Source: Rebecca billardiae RCC1528
Lineage: Eukaryota > Protista > Haptophyta
Reading direction: 5' to 3'
Assembly: GCA_965240325.2 (NCBI GenBank)
Contig: OZ251227.1
Span: 2,852,001-2,916,000, forward strand
DNA length: 64,000 nt
Within the stretch, counting starts at the first letter, position 1. Each line of letters begins with the position of its first letter. The notes under the pieces were generated by a model. That model was not told the origin of the DNA and did not search any database. It worked only from the letters and a program-made list of their open reading frames with translations. Shown here one piece after another: positions 1 to 13,218 of the stretch. The translations under genes were made by a program, and so were the position numbers.

Positions 1-3000
1 GTTACGCCTTCGAGGGCGAGCCGTACAAGCTGTACGCCGCGATGCGCGTCGAGGTGTACGATGTGGCCGGCCCCGCGTTCTCGCGCGTCGTCGTCGGCGT
101 GCCCGAGACCGTGGCCTTCAGCGGCTACGGCGTGCGCGCGGGCGACCGCGCCAAGTGGGTGGGCGTGGCCGCGGCCGACTGCTCGAGCGTCGCGTTCGGT
201 GCGGCGCGCACGCTCGGCGCCGGCCTGAGCGCGAGCTTCACGCTGCCCGCGGGCGGGCTGGGCCTGGCGCTGTGCTTTGCGTTCGCGGGCGAGCCGTTCA
301 AGCGGTACCCGTCGCTCACGCTCGACGCGCTCGTCGTCAGCGCGCCTGTCTCGAGCCTGGCGGTGGTGGGCGTGCAGGAGTCGCTCGCCTTCTCAGGAGT
401 GGGCCTCGTGCCGGGCGACGGCGCGTACTGGCTGCCGTACAACGGCACGGCCGTCGACTGCGCCGACCCGGTGGACGGCGCGCCGCGCGCCGCGTACGGC
501 GGCGCGCAGACCCTCGACGCCGCCCTCGCCGCTTCCTTCACCTTCGACGTCGCCCACCCGGACCTGCGCCTGTGTTACACGCACGCGGACGAGCCCGTGC
601 GCTCGTACGGCGCGGCGATCACGCTGGTCGTGGCCGAGGTGCAGGGCCCGGCGTTCACCGTCGCGGTGGCGGGCGTGGAGGAGGCGCTGCCGTTCGAGGG
701 CGTCGGCCTCGCGGCGGGCGACCAGGCGTACTGGGTCGAGGACGCGTCCGCGTGCCCGCCGGCGGGCGGCGGCGCGCTCGACGAGTACGGCGGCGTGTTC
801 AACACGACCGGCCTCGGCGTGGGCGCCTTCACGCCGCTCGCGCCCAAGGCCGGCCTCTCGCTGTGCTACCGCTTCGCGGCCGAGCCGTGGGCGCACTACG
901 CGGGCGTGAGTCTCGACGTGTACCAGCTCGACGCGCTCGGCGGCGGCAGCCGCGCCGTCGTCGGCGAGGCGCACGCCGTCACCTTCTCGGGCTTCGGCGT
1001 GGCGGACGGCGACGCCGCGTACTGGGTGCCCGCGGGCACGGCCTCGTGCGCGGACGAGCCGCCGCTCGTGCAGTGGGGCGGGCAGAAGACGCTGGGCGCG
1101 GGCCTCGGCGCGAGCTTCACCTTCCTGCGCAAGTTTGGCGGCCTCGGGTACATGCTCTGCTACCGCTTCCGCGCCGAGCCGTTCGCGCTGTACGCCAGCC
1201 TGCAGCTGGACGTGCTCGAGGTGAGCGGGCCGTTCGTCGTGCTCGCGGTCGTCACGCTCGAGCGCACCTTCGCCTTCCAGGGCGTGGGCGTCGGCGCGGG
1301 CGACGAGGCGTACTTCGTGCCCGCGGCCGCGACGGCGTGCGACGAGGCGGCGAGCGTGAGCGGCGCCGCGGCCGTCGTCGCCGCCGACCGCACCGCCTCG
1401 TTCACGTTTGGCGCGGTCGCGACGGGCCACCGATTGTGTTACCGCTTTGGCGGCGCGTCCGGCGGCCTGCCGTGGCGCCGCTTCGCCGGCGTCACGCTCT
1501 CGGTCACCGTGCCCGGCGACCCGTTCGCGCTCGCCAACTTCGAGTCGCTCTCGCCGACGGGCGCGACGCTCGCCAACAGCGGCATCGCGACCAACGTGAC
1601 CATCGTCGGCACGCAGTTCGACCTGGGCGCGCAGAGCAAGGCGGACATCATCTACTGCGTGTTTGACGGCACGCGCGTGCGCGTCAGCTCGATCACGCCC
1701 ACCGAGATCTCGTGCACCGCGCCCGCCGCGAGCGCCGCGGGCGAGGTGACGCTCTCGCTCGTCGCGGACGAGGACGACGAGGACGGCGAGCCGCGCGAGC
1801 CCATCGCCATCACCAACGAGTTCGCCTACTTCGACATGGCGGGCGTGACGGTGGGCGCGCTCGCGCCGCCGGGCGCGCCGCAGGGCACGGCCAACGTGGA
1901 GGTCGCGGTCTCCGGCGCCAACTACGCCGACTACGGCGGCCTGCGCTGCGCGTTCATCGGGCCCAACTTCGCCGGCGGCCGCGTCGAGGTTGCGGCGACG
2001 CTGCCGGACGCGGGCACGAGCGAGGTGCTCTGCGCCGCGCCGTACGTGTCGCCCACCGTGTCGGCGGGAGCGATCGTGGTCGAGGTGTCGCTCAACGGCC
2101 AGGCCTTCAGCACCTCCGGCACGCAGTTCACGCTGTACACCGCGCTCGTCGAGTCGGGCGAGCCGCAGGGCGCGCCGGTCGACAGCGGCGACGGCACGCG
2201 CCGGCGCGCGCTCGCCGGCTCCACCGCGATCACGCTGAGCGGCTCGGGCTTTGTCGACCTCGGCGCGGGCGCGCCGCTCTGCTTCTTTGTCGGCGCGGCC
2301 GGCGGCGGCGCGGTCTTCCAGGCGCCCGCCACCGTGGTCGACGCGGCGACGGCGGAGTGCGACACGCCGGTGGGCGCGGGCGCGGGCGACTACACCGTCT
2401 CGCTCTCGCTCAACGGCGGCGTGCACCTCGCCCCGCTCTTCTTCGACGAGATCGACTTCGAGCTGTACGACGCCTCGAACGTGGGCGTGACGCGGCTCGT
2501 GCCGCCCGGCGGGCCGGTGGCGGGCGGCACGCTCGTCACCGTGTTCGGCACGGGGTTCAAGGAGTACGGCGACGACTCGAGCGACGCGAGCAAGCTGCTG
2601 TGCTGCGTGCTCGACCGCGCGGGCGAGTGCGCCGTCAAGGCGACGCTCCTCGCGCCCGCGGCCGACGGCACCGACCGCGCGCTGTGCACGATGCCCGCGG
2701 TCGACGCGTCGGGCAACCGCACGCTCGACGTCTCGCTCGGCGGCGGCAGCCTCGCGTCCACCACCGACGCGGGGCGGCCCTTTGTGTACTACGACGAGCC
2801 GAGCGTGCTCGAGGTCAGCCCGGCCGAGGGCGACGCGCTCGGCGGCACGCGCACCACCATCCTGGGCTCGGGCTTTGCCGCGCTCGCCGACGCGGCCGTC
2901 GGGTACGGCGCGGACCCGGCCTCCTTCTTGCGCGTCAAGTTTGGGCCGACGACCGCCGCGGCGCCGATCGAGTTCAGCGACACGCGCATCGTGCAGGTGG

Positions 3001-6000
3001 CGAGCTGGGGCGCGGAGGGCGGCGCCGCGGTGCGCGTCGCGCTCAACGGCCGCCAGTTCGCGCCCGCCGCCGCCGCCGACGCCGGCTCCTTCACCTTTGT
3101 CGGGCTGCACGCGCCCGAGATCGTATCTGCCGCGTTCAACTCGGAGGCGACCGCGCTGATCGTGCAGTTCGACGGCCAGCCGACCAACCGCGGCGGGATG
3201 GTGGGCTCGGGGCCGTGCGCGCGCGTGCTCGACGACGCGACGGTCGCGACGATCCGCGGCAGCTTCAGCGCCGAGCCCTCGTGCTACTGGGCCGACGACA
3301 GCACGCTGATCGCCGAGCTCAACTACCTGACGGCGATGGGCCCGGGCTCGAGCGTGGCGCTGCGCGAGAACACGATCTGGCCCAAGGCGTTTGGCGGCAG
3401 CTGCCCGAACGAGGTGTGCGCGAGCTCGAGCGCGACGATCGACGCGGACTTCCCGTGCATCGGCTCGTGCCCCACGCCCGTCGCCGCGCTCAACGGGCCC
3501 ACCCAGATCTCGTCGTGCCCGGGCGAGGTGCTCGTCCTTGACGCGAGCGGCTCGACTGGCGGCGGCATCAAGGACATCACGTACACGTGGCGCGTCGACC
3601 CGAGCGTCTCCGACTTCGCCGCGCAGATCAACGCGCGGCTGGCGGACACGACGGCGTACCCGCCCACGACGTCGGTGCTCACGATCGACGGGCTCGAGGG
3701 CTCGAACTTCGTCTTCCTGCTCCGCGTCTCGTCCTTTGTCGGCCGCACGTCCGCGCTCAAGCGCTGGGCGGTCACGCGCGCGGGCGGCGCCACGCCCTCG
3801 CTCTCGATCGATGGGCCGTTCGAGCTGCTCGCGCGGCCGTCGTCGAGCGTGCTGCTCAAGGGCGTGGCGGCGCTCGCCGACTGCTGGCCCGCCGACGACT
3901 CCGCGCAGATCGACTTCGCGTGGACGGTCACGTCGATCACGGACGCGGCGGGCGACGACGCGACCGCCGACACGTCGCTCGCGCTCGCCGAGCCGGAGCG
4001 CGCGTCGCTGCGCATCCCCGCCTTCTCGCTCGCGCCGTCGCGCACGTACACGCTGGCGCTCTCGGCGGCGATGGCCGCGGACCCGAGCTCGGCGACGAGC
4101 GCGTCCGTCCGCCTCGTCGTCGTCGCGCAGCCGCTGCAGGTGATCATCTCGGGCGGCGACCGCCGCGTGAGCACCACGGCCGATCTCGAGATTGACGCGT
4201 CCGCCTCGTACGACCCCAACGTGCCCGACGGCGACAGCGCCGGGCTCGACCCGGAGCTCTCGTTCGCGTGGTCGGTGGCGCGGCGGGTGAACACGACGTA
4301 CGGCACGCCCGCCGCCTTCGACGCGAGCGTCGCCGTCGACGGCCCGGTGCTCGCCGTGCCCGAGGCGGTGCAGCTCGCGGAGGGCAACTACACGATCCGC
4401 CTCACGCTCTCAAAGCCGGGGCTGTCCGACGCGAGCGCGTCCGTGGTGCTCGAGGTGGTGAACGGCGCGATCCCGGTGGTCTCGTTCGCGCCGCTCACCG
4501 CGCTCAAGTACAACCCCACCTGGTCGCTGCCCACGCAGCGCGTCTCGCTCTCCACCAGCCTCGACGCCGTCTCGGTCGCGCGCGAGGCGGCGGGTCTGGA
4601 CGCGTACTCCTACGAGTGGAGCGCGCGCGTGTCGGTCGCGGGCGAGCTCTCGGACGCGGGCCTCGACCTCGCGGACGCGGCGGGCGTGACGACGACGGGC
4701 GCGGACGGTCCGTCGCTCGCGTTCCGCTCGGGCGTGCTCACCGCGGGCGCGCTCTACGTCTTCGAGCTCCAGGTCTTTGGCGGCTCGCAGCCCGCGTTCG
4801 CGTCGGTGAGCGTGCAGATGAACCGACCGCCGTACGGCGGCGACCTGACGGTCTCGCCGATGAGCGGCGGCGTCGAGCTGGAGACCAAGTTCAAGCTGCG
4901 CGCGAACGGGTGGACGGACGACCCGGAGGACTCGCCGATCGAGTACGGCTACTCGTACCTGCCGAGCGGCGCCGACGCCGCGCAGTCGCTCGGCGAGCGC
5001 GTCAAGGCCAAGTCGTCCAACGCGTTCCTGCCCGCGGGCAACCTGACCGTGACCGTCTCGGTCTTCGACTACTACGGCGCGTCCGCGCGCGCGTCCGTGG
5101 CGGGCGTGCTCGTCGACGAGGCGCCGGCGCTGGACTGCGACGCGGTGGCCGCGGCGCTCGACGCGGCCAACACGGCGGCCGGCACCGGCTCGGGCGCCGC
5201 GGCGATGCAGCTGCTCAAATCGCTCTCGGGCGCGGCGGGCAAGGGCGCGGGTGACGCGCTGGCGTGCGACGCGAGCCAGCTGAGCCGACGGCGGCGCCGG
5301 CTGGACGAGGCCAACGCGACGGGCGCGGACGCGAGCACGTCGGTGTCGACGCTGATGCTGAGCACCGCGAGCAGCGTCGCCTCCTCCGCCGTCTCCACCT
5401 CCGACTCGACGCAGCAGACCGCCTCCGTCGTCGCGTCGATCGCGAGCGGCTCGGGCTGCGCGCTCGACGACAGCGGGCAGACGCTCGCCATCACGACGGT
5501 CGCCAACGCCGCGAGCGCCGCGTCGAGCGACGGCTCGTCGGACTCGTTCGCGGGCGACGTGGTGGGCACGATCAGCTGCGTGCTGCAGTCCGCCGACGCG
5601 TCCGCCAGCCGGCGCCGCCGCCTCGCCGAGGCGGGCAACGAGACCAACTGCACCGCGTCGGCGCTCGCGGCCGTGAACGCCGCGACCAAGCAGGCGGCGG
5701 CCGCGGTCGCGTCGACGATGACGGCGGGCGGCGTGCCCGGCGAGCCGGCGACGGAGGCGTCGACGGCCAAGGTGAACGTGACGGCCGTCGTCGCGACGAA
5801 GGGCGCGCTCGCCAACGGCACGATCGCCGGCCCCGGCGGGCAGGGCGCGCTCGACATCTCGACGGCCGCGCTCGCGAACGCGACGGGCGGCGGCGTCGTG
5901 CTGCACTCGTCCATCATCGCCGACAACATCTACGCCGATCTCGGCTGCCCCGAGCCGAACGGCACGAACGCGTCGGCGGGCTCGGCGGCGGACGCGCGGC

Positions 6001-8037
6001 GCCGCGCGCGCCGCCGGCTGCAGAGCGGCTCCTCCTCCACCGGCGCGCTGCAGACCGGCGTCTTCTCCGTCTCGCTCCTGGGCACGGACGGCGTCGCGCT
6101 GCAGGTGCAGAGCCTCGACGAGCCGATCGTGGTCGCCATCCCGATCACCGCGGGCTCGGAGCGCGTGGTGGGCGCGTCGGGGAGCTGCGCCGAGTTCGAC
6201 AACTGCAACGCGGCGAAGGGGCGCGGCGCGTGCGCGGCCGACGGCGCGTGCGACTGCGTCTCGCCGTACACGGGACCGTCGTGCGCGGAGGAGGCGCAGT
6301 GCTTCTACTGGGACGAGACGCTGGCGGAGTGGAGCCAGGACGGGTGCACGCGCATCGCGCCGCCCGACGGCGCCGACCCGAGCCTGCTGTACTGCAGCTG
6401 CACGCACCTCACCGACTTTGGCGGCATCGCCGTCGACGTGCCCACCTCGACCGACGACATCGCCGAGGACGCCTCCGCCATCCAGGTGAACACCTTCTCT
6501 GCGGACGACGCGAAGAGCGCGCTGAGCGCGGAGGGGCTCGCCGAGCGCGTGCAGAACAACCCGTACATCTTCGGGCTGGTGCTCGGCATGGCGGGCGGCT
6601 GCTTCCTCTCGCTGTGCCTCTTCTGCTACAAGGACCACACCGACACGGAGGCGAAGCGCGCCAAGCGCGCCGCCGCCGAGGAGGCCAAGCGCAAGAAGCA
6701 GGAGGCGCGCGCGCAGGCGCTCGAGGCGCGGCTCGACAAGTTCGACGACGCGCTCGCCGAGCAGACGGAGAAGGCGGCGCTGGCGATCCAGGCGGTGATG
6801 CGCGGCAAGATGGCGCGGAAGGAGGTGAAGGAGACGCAGATGCTCTTCAAGCGCGGCAACCGGAGCACGGACCACTCGTTCACGCGGCTGTACCGGCTGA
6901 TGGTCGACGCGCTCGAGACGGAGCACACCGTGCTCGGCCTCTGGTTTGGCGACCCGGAGACGGCCAAGCGCGCCGAGCTGTGCCAGTCGTTCTGGAACGT
7001 GTGCATGCTCGGCCTCGTGATCGAGTGCATGCTGTACAACACGGCGCCCTCGTCGGACGACGGCTCGTCGGGCGCGGCGATCTCGTTCAACCTCGTGCAG
7101 ATGGTCATCTTCGCCTCGATCACCGCCGGCCTCTCGCTGCCGGCGCTCTTCATCTTCAAGACGATCTTCCTCCTCGGGTACGGCCGCGACGTGCCGCTCG
7201 CGCGCCGCGTCTTCGTCGCGATCATCGACCCGAACGAGGCGGAGGACAAGATGATGGTGCGGCACCGCGCGAAGGGCACGCCGCCGCCCACGCCGCAGCA
7301 GGCGGCGATGACGACGGGCGTCGCGTCGATCTTCGCCAAGCGCTCCGCGGACGTGCCCATCTCGCCCGAGCCCGCGGCGCGGCTCGGCGGCGAGGGCGCG
7401 CGCGCGACATCGGGCCGAGGCGGGAAGCGGCTTGGATCGAACGTGCCCATCGAGCCCGAGCAGCCGGGCGACGAGACGGCGCGCTCGACGTCGAGCCAGA
7501 AGCGATTCGAGTCGAGCGTCACGCCCAGGGCGACGCCCGCGGCGGAGAGTCGGCTGTGCGCCGGGCTGGCGCCGGCCGGGCTGGAGGGCGGGCCGGGCGC
7601 GGCGAGCATGCCGCCGTCGCCCGCCCAGCCCTCGCCGCCGCCGAGGCAGCCCAGCCCGTCGCCGATCTGGCCCATGCGCCGCGCCGCGCAGCGGCCTCGA
7701 GTCGCGCAGATCGAGCCATCGCCGCCGCACTCGCCCGCGCCCGCGAGCCGGCGGCCTGCGTCGCTGGTCTCGCCGCCGTCCTCGCCGCCGCCGCCGCAGC
7801 CCGCCCCGGCGGCCGCGCCGCCGCAGCTGCCGCTGGACCCGCCGCGCATCGGCTCCGCCGACACGGAGACCAGCTCGACCGCGTCCGGCCGGCGCGCGCT
7901 CTCCTCGCGCGTCGCCCTGCCGCCGCCTCCGCGCAAGAACAGCCGCACAGGCGCGCCCGCGGCCGCCGCGATGCCGCCGCGCCCGCGCATGCCGCCGCGC
8001 CCGCCGCAGGCGCGCAAGGGCTCGACGGGCGTGCGCA

Positions 8038-8068
<31 letters not shown>

Positions 8069-9157
8069 CAACGAGCCCGCGGAGGATGGCTCCTTCGCCG
8101 AGGCCCGGGCCGCGCCACCCAAGCCGCCGCCACCGCCGCCGATCCCGCCGCCGCCAGCGGAGTCGCCCGGTGCGGGCAGCGGGCGAAGCCCCTCGTCGGC
8201 GGGCGGCGCCGGCGGCGCGGCGCCGAGCGCCGACGCGCCGGGCGGCGCAGACTACAAGTTTATCGAGGCGGCCGAGGTGACCGTGCAGCACTCGCTCTCC
8301 GACTCGGTCGTGCGCCTGCTCCGCGCCAAGTTCGTCAAGTTCGACTCGGACCACTCCGGGTACATGGACGTGCACGAGCTCAAGACGCTCCTCGCCGAGG
8401 TCGGCTTCAGGATGTCGCGCCGGCGCGTCGCCCAGCTCGCAAAGACGCTGGACAAGGACGGCAACGCTGAGATCTCGTTCAACGAGCTGATCGCGTGGTA
8501 CGACGCGATGACCACGGTGCGTGCGGCGCGCGCGCGCGCGTCCGAGCGCGCGAGCCCCGCGCGCGCCGCCGCGCGCGCCCGAGCGCTCACGGGCACCGCG
8601 CGCATTTTGCTCGCCGGCTCGGCGCGCCCGCTGCCGCCCCGCGCGCGCGCAGGAGGCCGCGGTGCGCGACGAGCAGCGCAGGCACGGCTGGCGCAAGTAC
8701 GCGTCGCGGCTCAAGCGCATGCTCACGCCGCACCCGTACGTGCGCGTCGCGCTCGCGTGGCTCGCCATGTGGGGCATCTTCACCGCGATGGCGATGATCG
8801 CCATCGTCTTCTCCGTCACGTTCGGCAACTCGACGACTCGCGAGCTGCTCGTCTCGTGGACGGTGGCGGAGACGCAGACGCTCTCGATCGAAGTGAGCGG
8901 CGAGCGGCCGGCGGCGCGCGAGCCGCGCGGCGGGCGCCTTCGCCGACCGCGCGCCTCTCATCGCCTCGCGCGCGCGCACGTGCCCGCGCGCGCCCGCGCC
9001 CTCGCAGGAGCCCATCATGATTGCGATCGGCGCCGCGCTGCCGTGGCTGATCGACCGGCTGACCGCCAACGAGGTGCTGGCCGAGATCATCAACGACGTC
9101 CTCGCGTCGAGCGTCGGCGCAGCCATCAACGCCGTCAAGTCGCTCTGCACCTCGTGA
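1..9157 (+). CDS. Giant polycystin-1/REJ-like membrane protein, 5' end outside the window: ~97-aa repeats, IPT/TIG domains, REJ, EGF-like, GPS, 5 TM, IQ, Pro-rich loop, EF-hand pair. Introns 8517-8652 and 8893-9007
   Basis: Frame is open from base 3. GPS motif CFYWD..W..DGC...CSCTHLTDF (6300-6423), IQ-like AIQAVMRGKMARK, EF-hands DSDHSGYMDVHE and DKDGNAEISFNE. Two GT..CAG introns join the last TM-coding exons in frame to TGA at 9155-9157. Confidence 0.85.
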
Positions 9158-9692
9158 TCGGTGCGACACTCGATGCGTGCATGGACAGTGCGCTCGTCAC
9201 TAGTGAGCAGGCGGCCACGGCGTCGTTGGTGAATCGGCGGTTGATGACGTCGTTGATGACATCGTCGACTCGTCCACGGCCATCAGGCATCAACGACCGG
9301 GCACCATCAGGCATCAACCGGGCAAGATCAAGATGACGACGGTGACACGGATTGGGATACAATCATCATATTCGGCAGTTGTCGTGCGCCGCGTAAGAAT
9401 TGATGCATAGCGCATGCGCTTATCAGCATATACATACACCACGCATCGTCATTTCGATGATGTACTAGTTACAACGGTGGTATTACTTGGCGGCGAGGCC
9501 GAGCCGCTGTGGGCGTCAGGCCAGAGGCGTGCCAACCAACGGAAAGCCCGCGCGAGACGATCGATAACGGCCGGATAAGATGACGCGAACAAATCAAGGC
9601 TGGAAATGCTCGACGACGAAAATAAGCGCGCGCTGCTCGAGCGCTGCCCGACCGTGCTGCGGGCCCCACTGGAATCCGAGAGCGACGAGGCG

Positions 9693-11759
9693 ATGGCGGC
9701 CTCTCGCCCTCTCTCGCGCCTCCTGCTCCTGTGCATCGCCACTGCGTGTGCCCTCGCGAGTGACGCGGCTCGCGATGCTGACGAGGCGCCGGCGTGGGCC
9801 TCCGACCTCGTCGCGAGTGAGAGCGCGCAGATCGACCTGCTCGCCGCGCTGGAGAAGCACGTGCGTGTGTGCGCGTATCGCATCGCCGCGCGGGTCAGCG
9901 TGCGCGAGGCCCAGGAGCTCATGAACCCGATGCTCGCGGCGACGCTGAAGGTGAGCGCGCAGTGCCGCGCAACGTCAAAGTGCCACCCGAACCTGCGCCT
10001 CTTCCTCTTCAAGGTGCTCTCAAGGACGATTCCCGCGCTCGCGCCGTTCGACGCGTGCTGCCCGCCGCCCTCGGCCGACCTGTGCAACAAGATGCCTTGG
10101 GCGGAGGGCCTGTGCGCCGACGACGCCGAGGACGGCGTGGGCGCCGATGGCGGCGTGGCGCAGCTGCCCTCCATCCGCATCGGCCAAGCCGTCTGGCGCG
10201 TGCCCGTCGCCATGGCCCAGCTCGCCATGCCCGGCATCGGCGGCGCGGACGCTCAGGAGGTGCTCAGGCTGGAAGCAACCGGCGCGTCCGCGCAGCTGCT
10301 CGAGCAGATGAGGGTGAGCTCGCGCACGTCGTTGTACGCGCACGAGTGCCCGCTCGTGAGCACGGAGGCCGCCGCGGCGCCACCTGCGCCGCCGCGCACC
10401 ACCGATGGCGCCTCGCTGAGCAACGCGCCTGTCTGGAGCGGCGGCGCGGACGGCAGCGGCGCCGTCGCCGCGCTCTCGGCGGCGTGCGCGCGCGCGCCGC
10501 TGCCGACCGCGGCAGCGGCCGTGCCTTCGGTACCGCTCGTCGGGCTGATGATCACCCGCGGCGACGAGGGCGTGCTCGGCGAGTGGCTGCGCGCCAACAT
10601 GCGCTTCCTCGACGCGCTCGTCATGCTCGACGGCTCGAGCCCGCCCGCGACCGACGGCGACGGCGAGGCGCCGCGGCCGACGCGCACGCGCGAGGTGCTC
10701 GGCGCCTTCCTCGCCGAGTGCCCCGAGCGCGCGGCCGACGTGCACTACTTGCACGAGTGGGACGAGGCGCTGCGCCCGCTGCTCGTCATGGCGGCGAACG
10801 ACCAGACCCTCCGCGCCATCGTGCACAGGCGCATCCGGGAGGTCTACCGCACCGACGAGCTGCGCGCGTGGGTTCTGATCGCGCACCCGGACGAGTTCTA
10901 CTACGACGACCCGCGCGCGGTCGCGGCGCACGCGGAGGCGGCGGGCGCGGACCACTCGTACTGGAACGCGCTGCACGTGCTGCCGCACCCGAGCGAGCGC
11001 GCGGCGTACGAGGCGCGCCGCGCGCCCCTCGTGCAGCGCCGCTTCCGCCACTTCCACCACGACCTCCGCGGGCTCGGCCAGCCGATGCTGGAGGGTCGGC
11101 TCTTCCGCGATGGGCCGGCGATCGCGTTCGGTGAGGAGCACTACGTCACACTGCCAGAGGTGGGGCTGCGCGCGCCGTGGCCGACGGCGGGGGGCTGGCA
11201 GGCCGAGCGGCTGCGCGCGCGGCGTGCGCGCGGCGAGCCGCTCGAGCGCGCGCCCTCGTACCTCCACTACAAGGTCGTCGACGCCGACCCGTCCGCGTAC
11301 ACGCCCGTCCAGTTCCCCAGCGCGAGGGGCGAGGGGCAGAACTTCACCATCTGGGCGCACCGCGAGCACTTCCTCGGCACGGCGCCGGTGGGCGTGTACC
11401 ACAACGTGAGCGACGTCGCGGGCTTCTTCGTGCACGAGTTCGAGGACTACACGGCAGTCGAGCGCTTCGACGGCTGCCTGGACGGCAGGCCGTGGGCTCT
11501 GGGCGCCAGCTTTCGCGCGCGCCGCCGGTGGGCGCTCGCCGAGCGCTCGGCGAGCGCCGACGACGACGCCACGGCCGCGGTGCGCGCCGGGAGCGAAGCC
11601 GTCTGGGAGGCCGAGGTCGGCGCCGACGGGAGCGTGAGCACCCCGCCTCGAGGCCCCGGCGACGGGCAGCGCGCACCGGGCGCCACGTCCCACGGCGCTG
11701 AGGACGCGGTGGACAGGCCGCTGGGGCTGTGCGCCCTCCACGACGACGACCCGGAGTGA
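9693..11759 (+). CDS. Secreted or Golgi protein with a C-terminal GT2-like (GT-A fold) glycosyltransferase domain
   Basis: Signal-peptide-like MAASRPLSRLLLLCIATACALA; LMITRGDEGVLGEWL...LVMLDGS and WVLIAHPDEF motifs. Alternative ATG at 9606. Confidence 0.55.
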   Translation: MAASRPLSRLLLLCIATACALASDAARDADEAPAWASDLVASESAQIDLLAALEKHVRVCAYRIAARVSVREAQELMNPMLAATLKVSAQCRATSKCHPNLRLFLFKVLSRTIPALAPFDACCPPPSADLCNKMPWAEGLCADDAEDGVGADGGVAQLPSIRIGQAVWRVPVAMAQLAMPGIGGADAQEVLRLEATGASAQLLEQMRVSSRTSLYAHECPLVSTEAAAAPPAPPRTTDGASLSNAPVWSGGADGSGAVAALSAACARAPLPTAAAAVPSVPLVGLMITRGDEGVLGEWLRANMRFLDALVMLDGSSPPATDGDGEAPRPTRTREVLGAFLAECPERAADVHYLHEWDEALRPLLVMAANDQTLRAIVHRRIREVYRTDELRAWVLIAHPDEFYYDDPRAVAAHAEAAGADHSYWNALHVLPHPSERAAYEARRAPLVQRRFRHFHHDLRGLGQPMLEGRLFRDGPAIAFGEEHYVTLPEVGLRAPWPTAGGWQAERLRARRARGEPLERAPSYLHYKVVDADPSAYTPVQFPSARGEGQNFTIWAHREHFLGTAPVGVYHNVSDVAGFFVHEFEDYTAVERFDGCLDGRPWALGASFRARRRWALAERSASADDDATAAVRAGSEAVWEAEVGADGSVSTPPRGPGDGQRAPGATSHGAEDAVDRPLGLCALHDDDPE

Positions 11760-11943
11760 TCAGATCACTATCAGCTGGCAGCGCAGCGCAGCCGCCGAGC
11801 TCAAGCTCGCGCGGCCTCGGACAGCTGCTCACGAATCATGGTTCTGGGACTGACGGACGACGGTACAGGGCCTGTAGGCTGTATAACCCGTGAGTCGGTG
11901 ATCAGCCGTCATCGTCAGCAATGTTATTAATTAAATAATTTGT

Positions 11944-11962
11944 TAAATATATATATATATAT
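11944..11962. repeat. (TA)n microsatellite between convergent genes
   Basis: Directly visible. Confidence 0.85.
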
Positions 11963-12009
11963 GATGTATATGCGCACGCGCGCGCAGTGTGGCGTAGCCG
12001 GCGCCGCCG

Positions 12010-13218
12010 CTACTTGGAGTTGGTACGGTGCAACCTGTAGTCTTCCGACTCCTCGGGCCCTCCGCCCTTCTTGCGGCGTGGCAGCAGCACCAGCACCGAG
12101 ACAGCGCGCTTGTACGCTTCGTACTCGGGGTCGCCGCCCCACTTCTCGTCGGCGCGCTTCTCGAGCATCGGGATGCCCGTCACCTTCGTGAGCAGCAGCG
12201 TGACGAACAGCGGGCTGAGCACCGCCGCCCACTGCCCACCGCGGTACACAGACGTGCCGACGATGAATTGACCCGTCCACAGCACAATCTCGCCAAAGTA
12301 GTTCGGGTCTGCCGGGGCACGCGGAGAAGGGTGCGCAGGCGGGAGGCGGCACCAGGGCGTTGGCGAGAGGCGTGCGCGCGCACGACGGTGGCGGCTGCGA
12401 CGGCCGCGCCGGGCGCGGCGCGAGGCGCAGCGCTCGCGCGCCGCGCCGTGCGCTCACGCCTGGAATATCTCCACAGCCCAACCTCCACCCACTTGCCCGT
12501 GCCCAGCTTGTTGAAGGCGGTCTTCTGCTCGTCTGAGACCACCTCGAGGCAGAAGCCGATGGCCCACACGCCCCAGCCGAGGTAGTCGGTCCAGACGAGT
12601 GCGCGCTCGACGGTCGTCGTGTTGATCACGAGCACCGCGAACAGCGTCAGAAAGACCCACAGCCCCTGCGGCAGGCGGGCGCATTGCGCGCGCGCCGCTG
12701 CTCAACGGCACGCAAGGCGAGCGGAGAACGTGCGCGTGCAGGACCGCGCTCGCGCTGCACACCTGAATGGTCCATGCGGCGAGGAAGCGGGCAAAGAACG
12801 GCTTCACCTCATCGAAGCGCCCATCTTTGCCGGCCTTCATGATGCGCTTCACGAGGAAGGAGCCGAGACGCAGCGCCCACAGCACCACCAGCACGGACGA
12901 GACCAGAGCGCGCACGTTCAGCGCGAGCGAGGGGTTGGAGTACGCGAGGCGGTAGGCGAGGGTGGCCAGGGTGACCGAGATGTACGTGACCGAGCCAGTG
13001 AGGTCGTAGTACTTCTCGGTCTGGAACGCGAAGGCCGGTATGAACGCCACCCACTGCAGCACAATCGCAACGGCCGCCGCGTACACGATCACGGGCCCCA
13101 CGTCTGCACGGCCAGCGACCTGGTTGCCGATGCCGGGGTAGCCGGCGGCATATGCAAGGCCAATCGAGACGGCCAGGCTGACGACCGAAGACGCGACGGC
13201 GATGATCGTCGCGCTCAT
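12010..13218 (-). CDS. DUF1295 / steroid 5-alpha-reductase-like membrane protein. Introns 12666-12762 and 12309-12457
   Basis: TEKYYDLTGS and GKDGRFDEVK motifs. Splicing at GT/AG restores WTIQ-GLWV and LWRYSR-HPNYFGE. Confidence 0.92.

Noticed and set aside
8517-9020. Arg/Ala-rich C-terminus of the 2992-aa ORF
   Set aside because: Read-through into an intron; the spliced model gives coherent TM helices.
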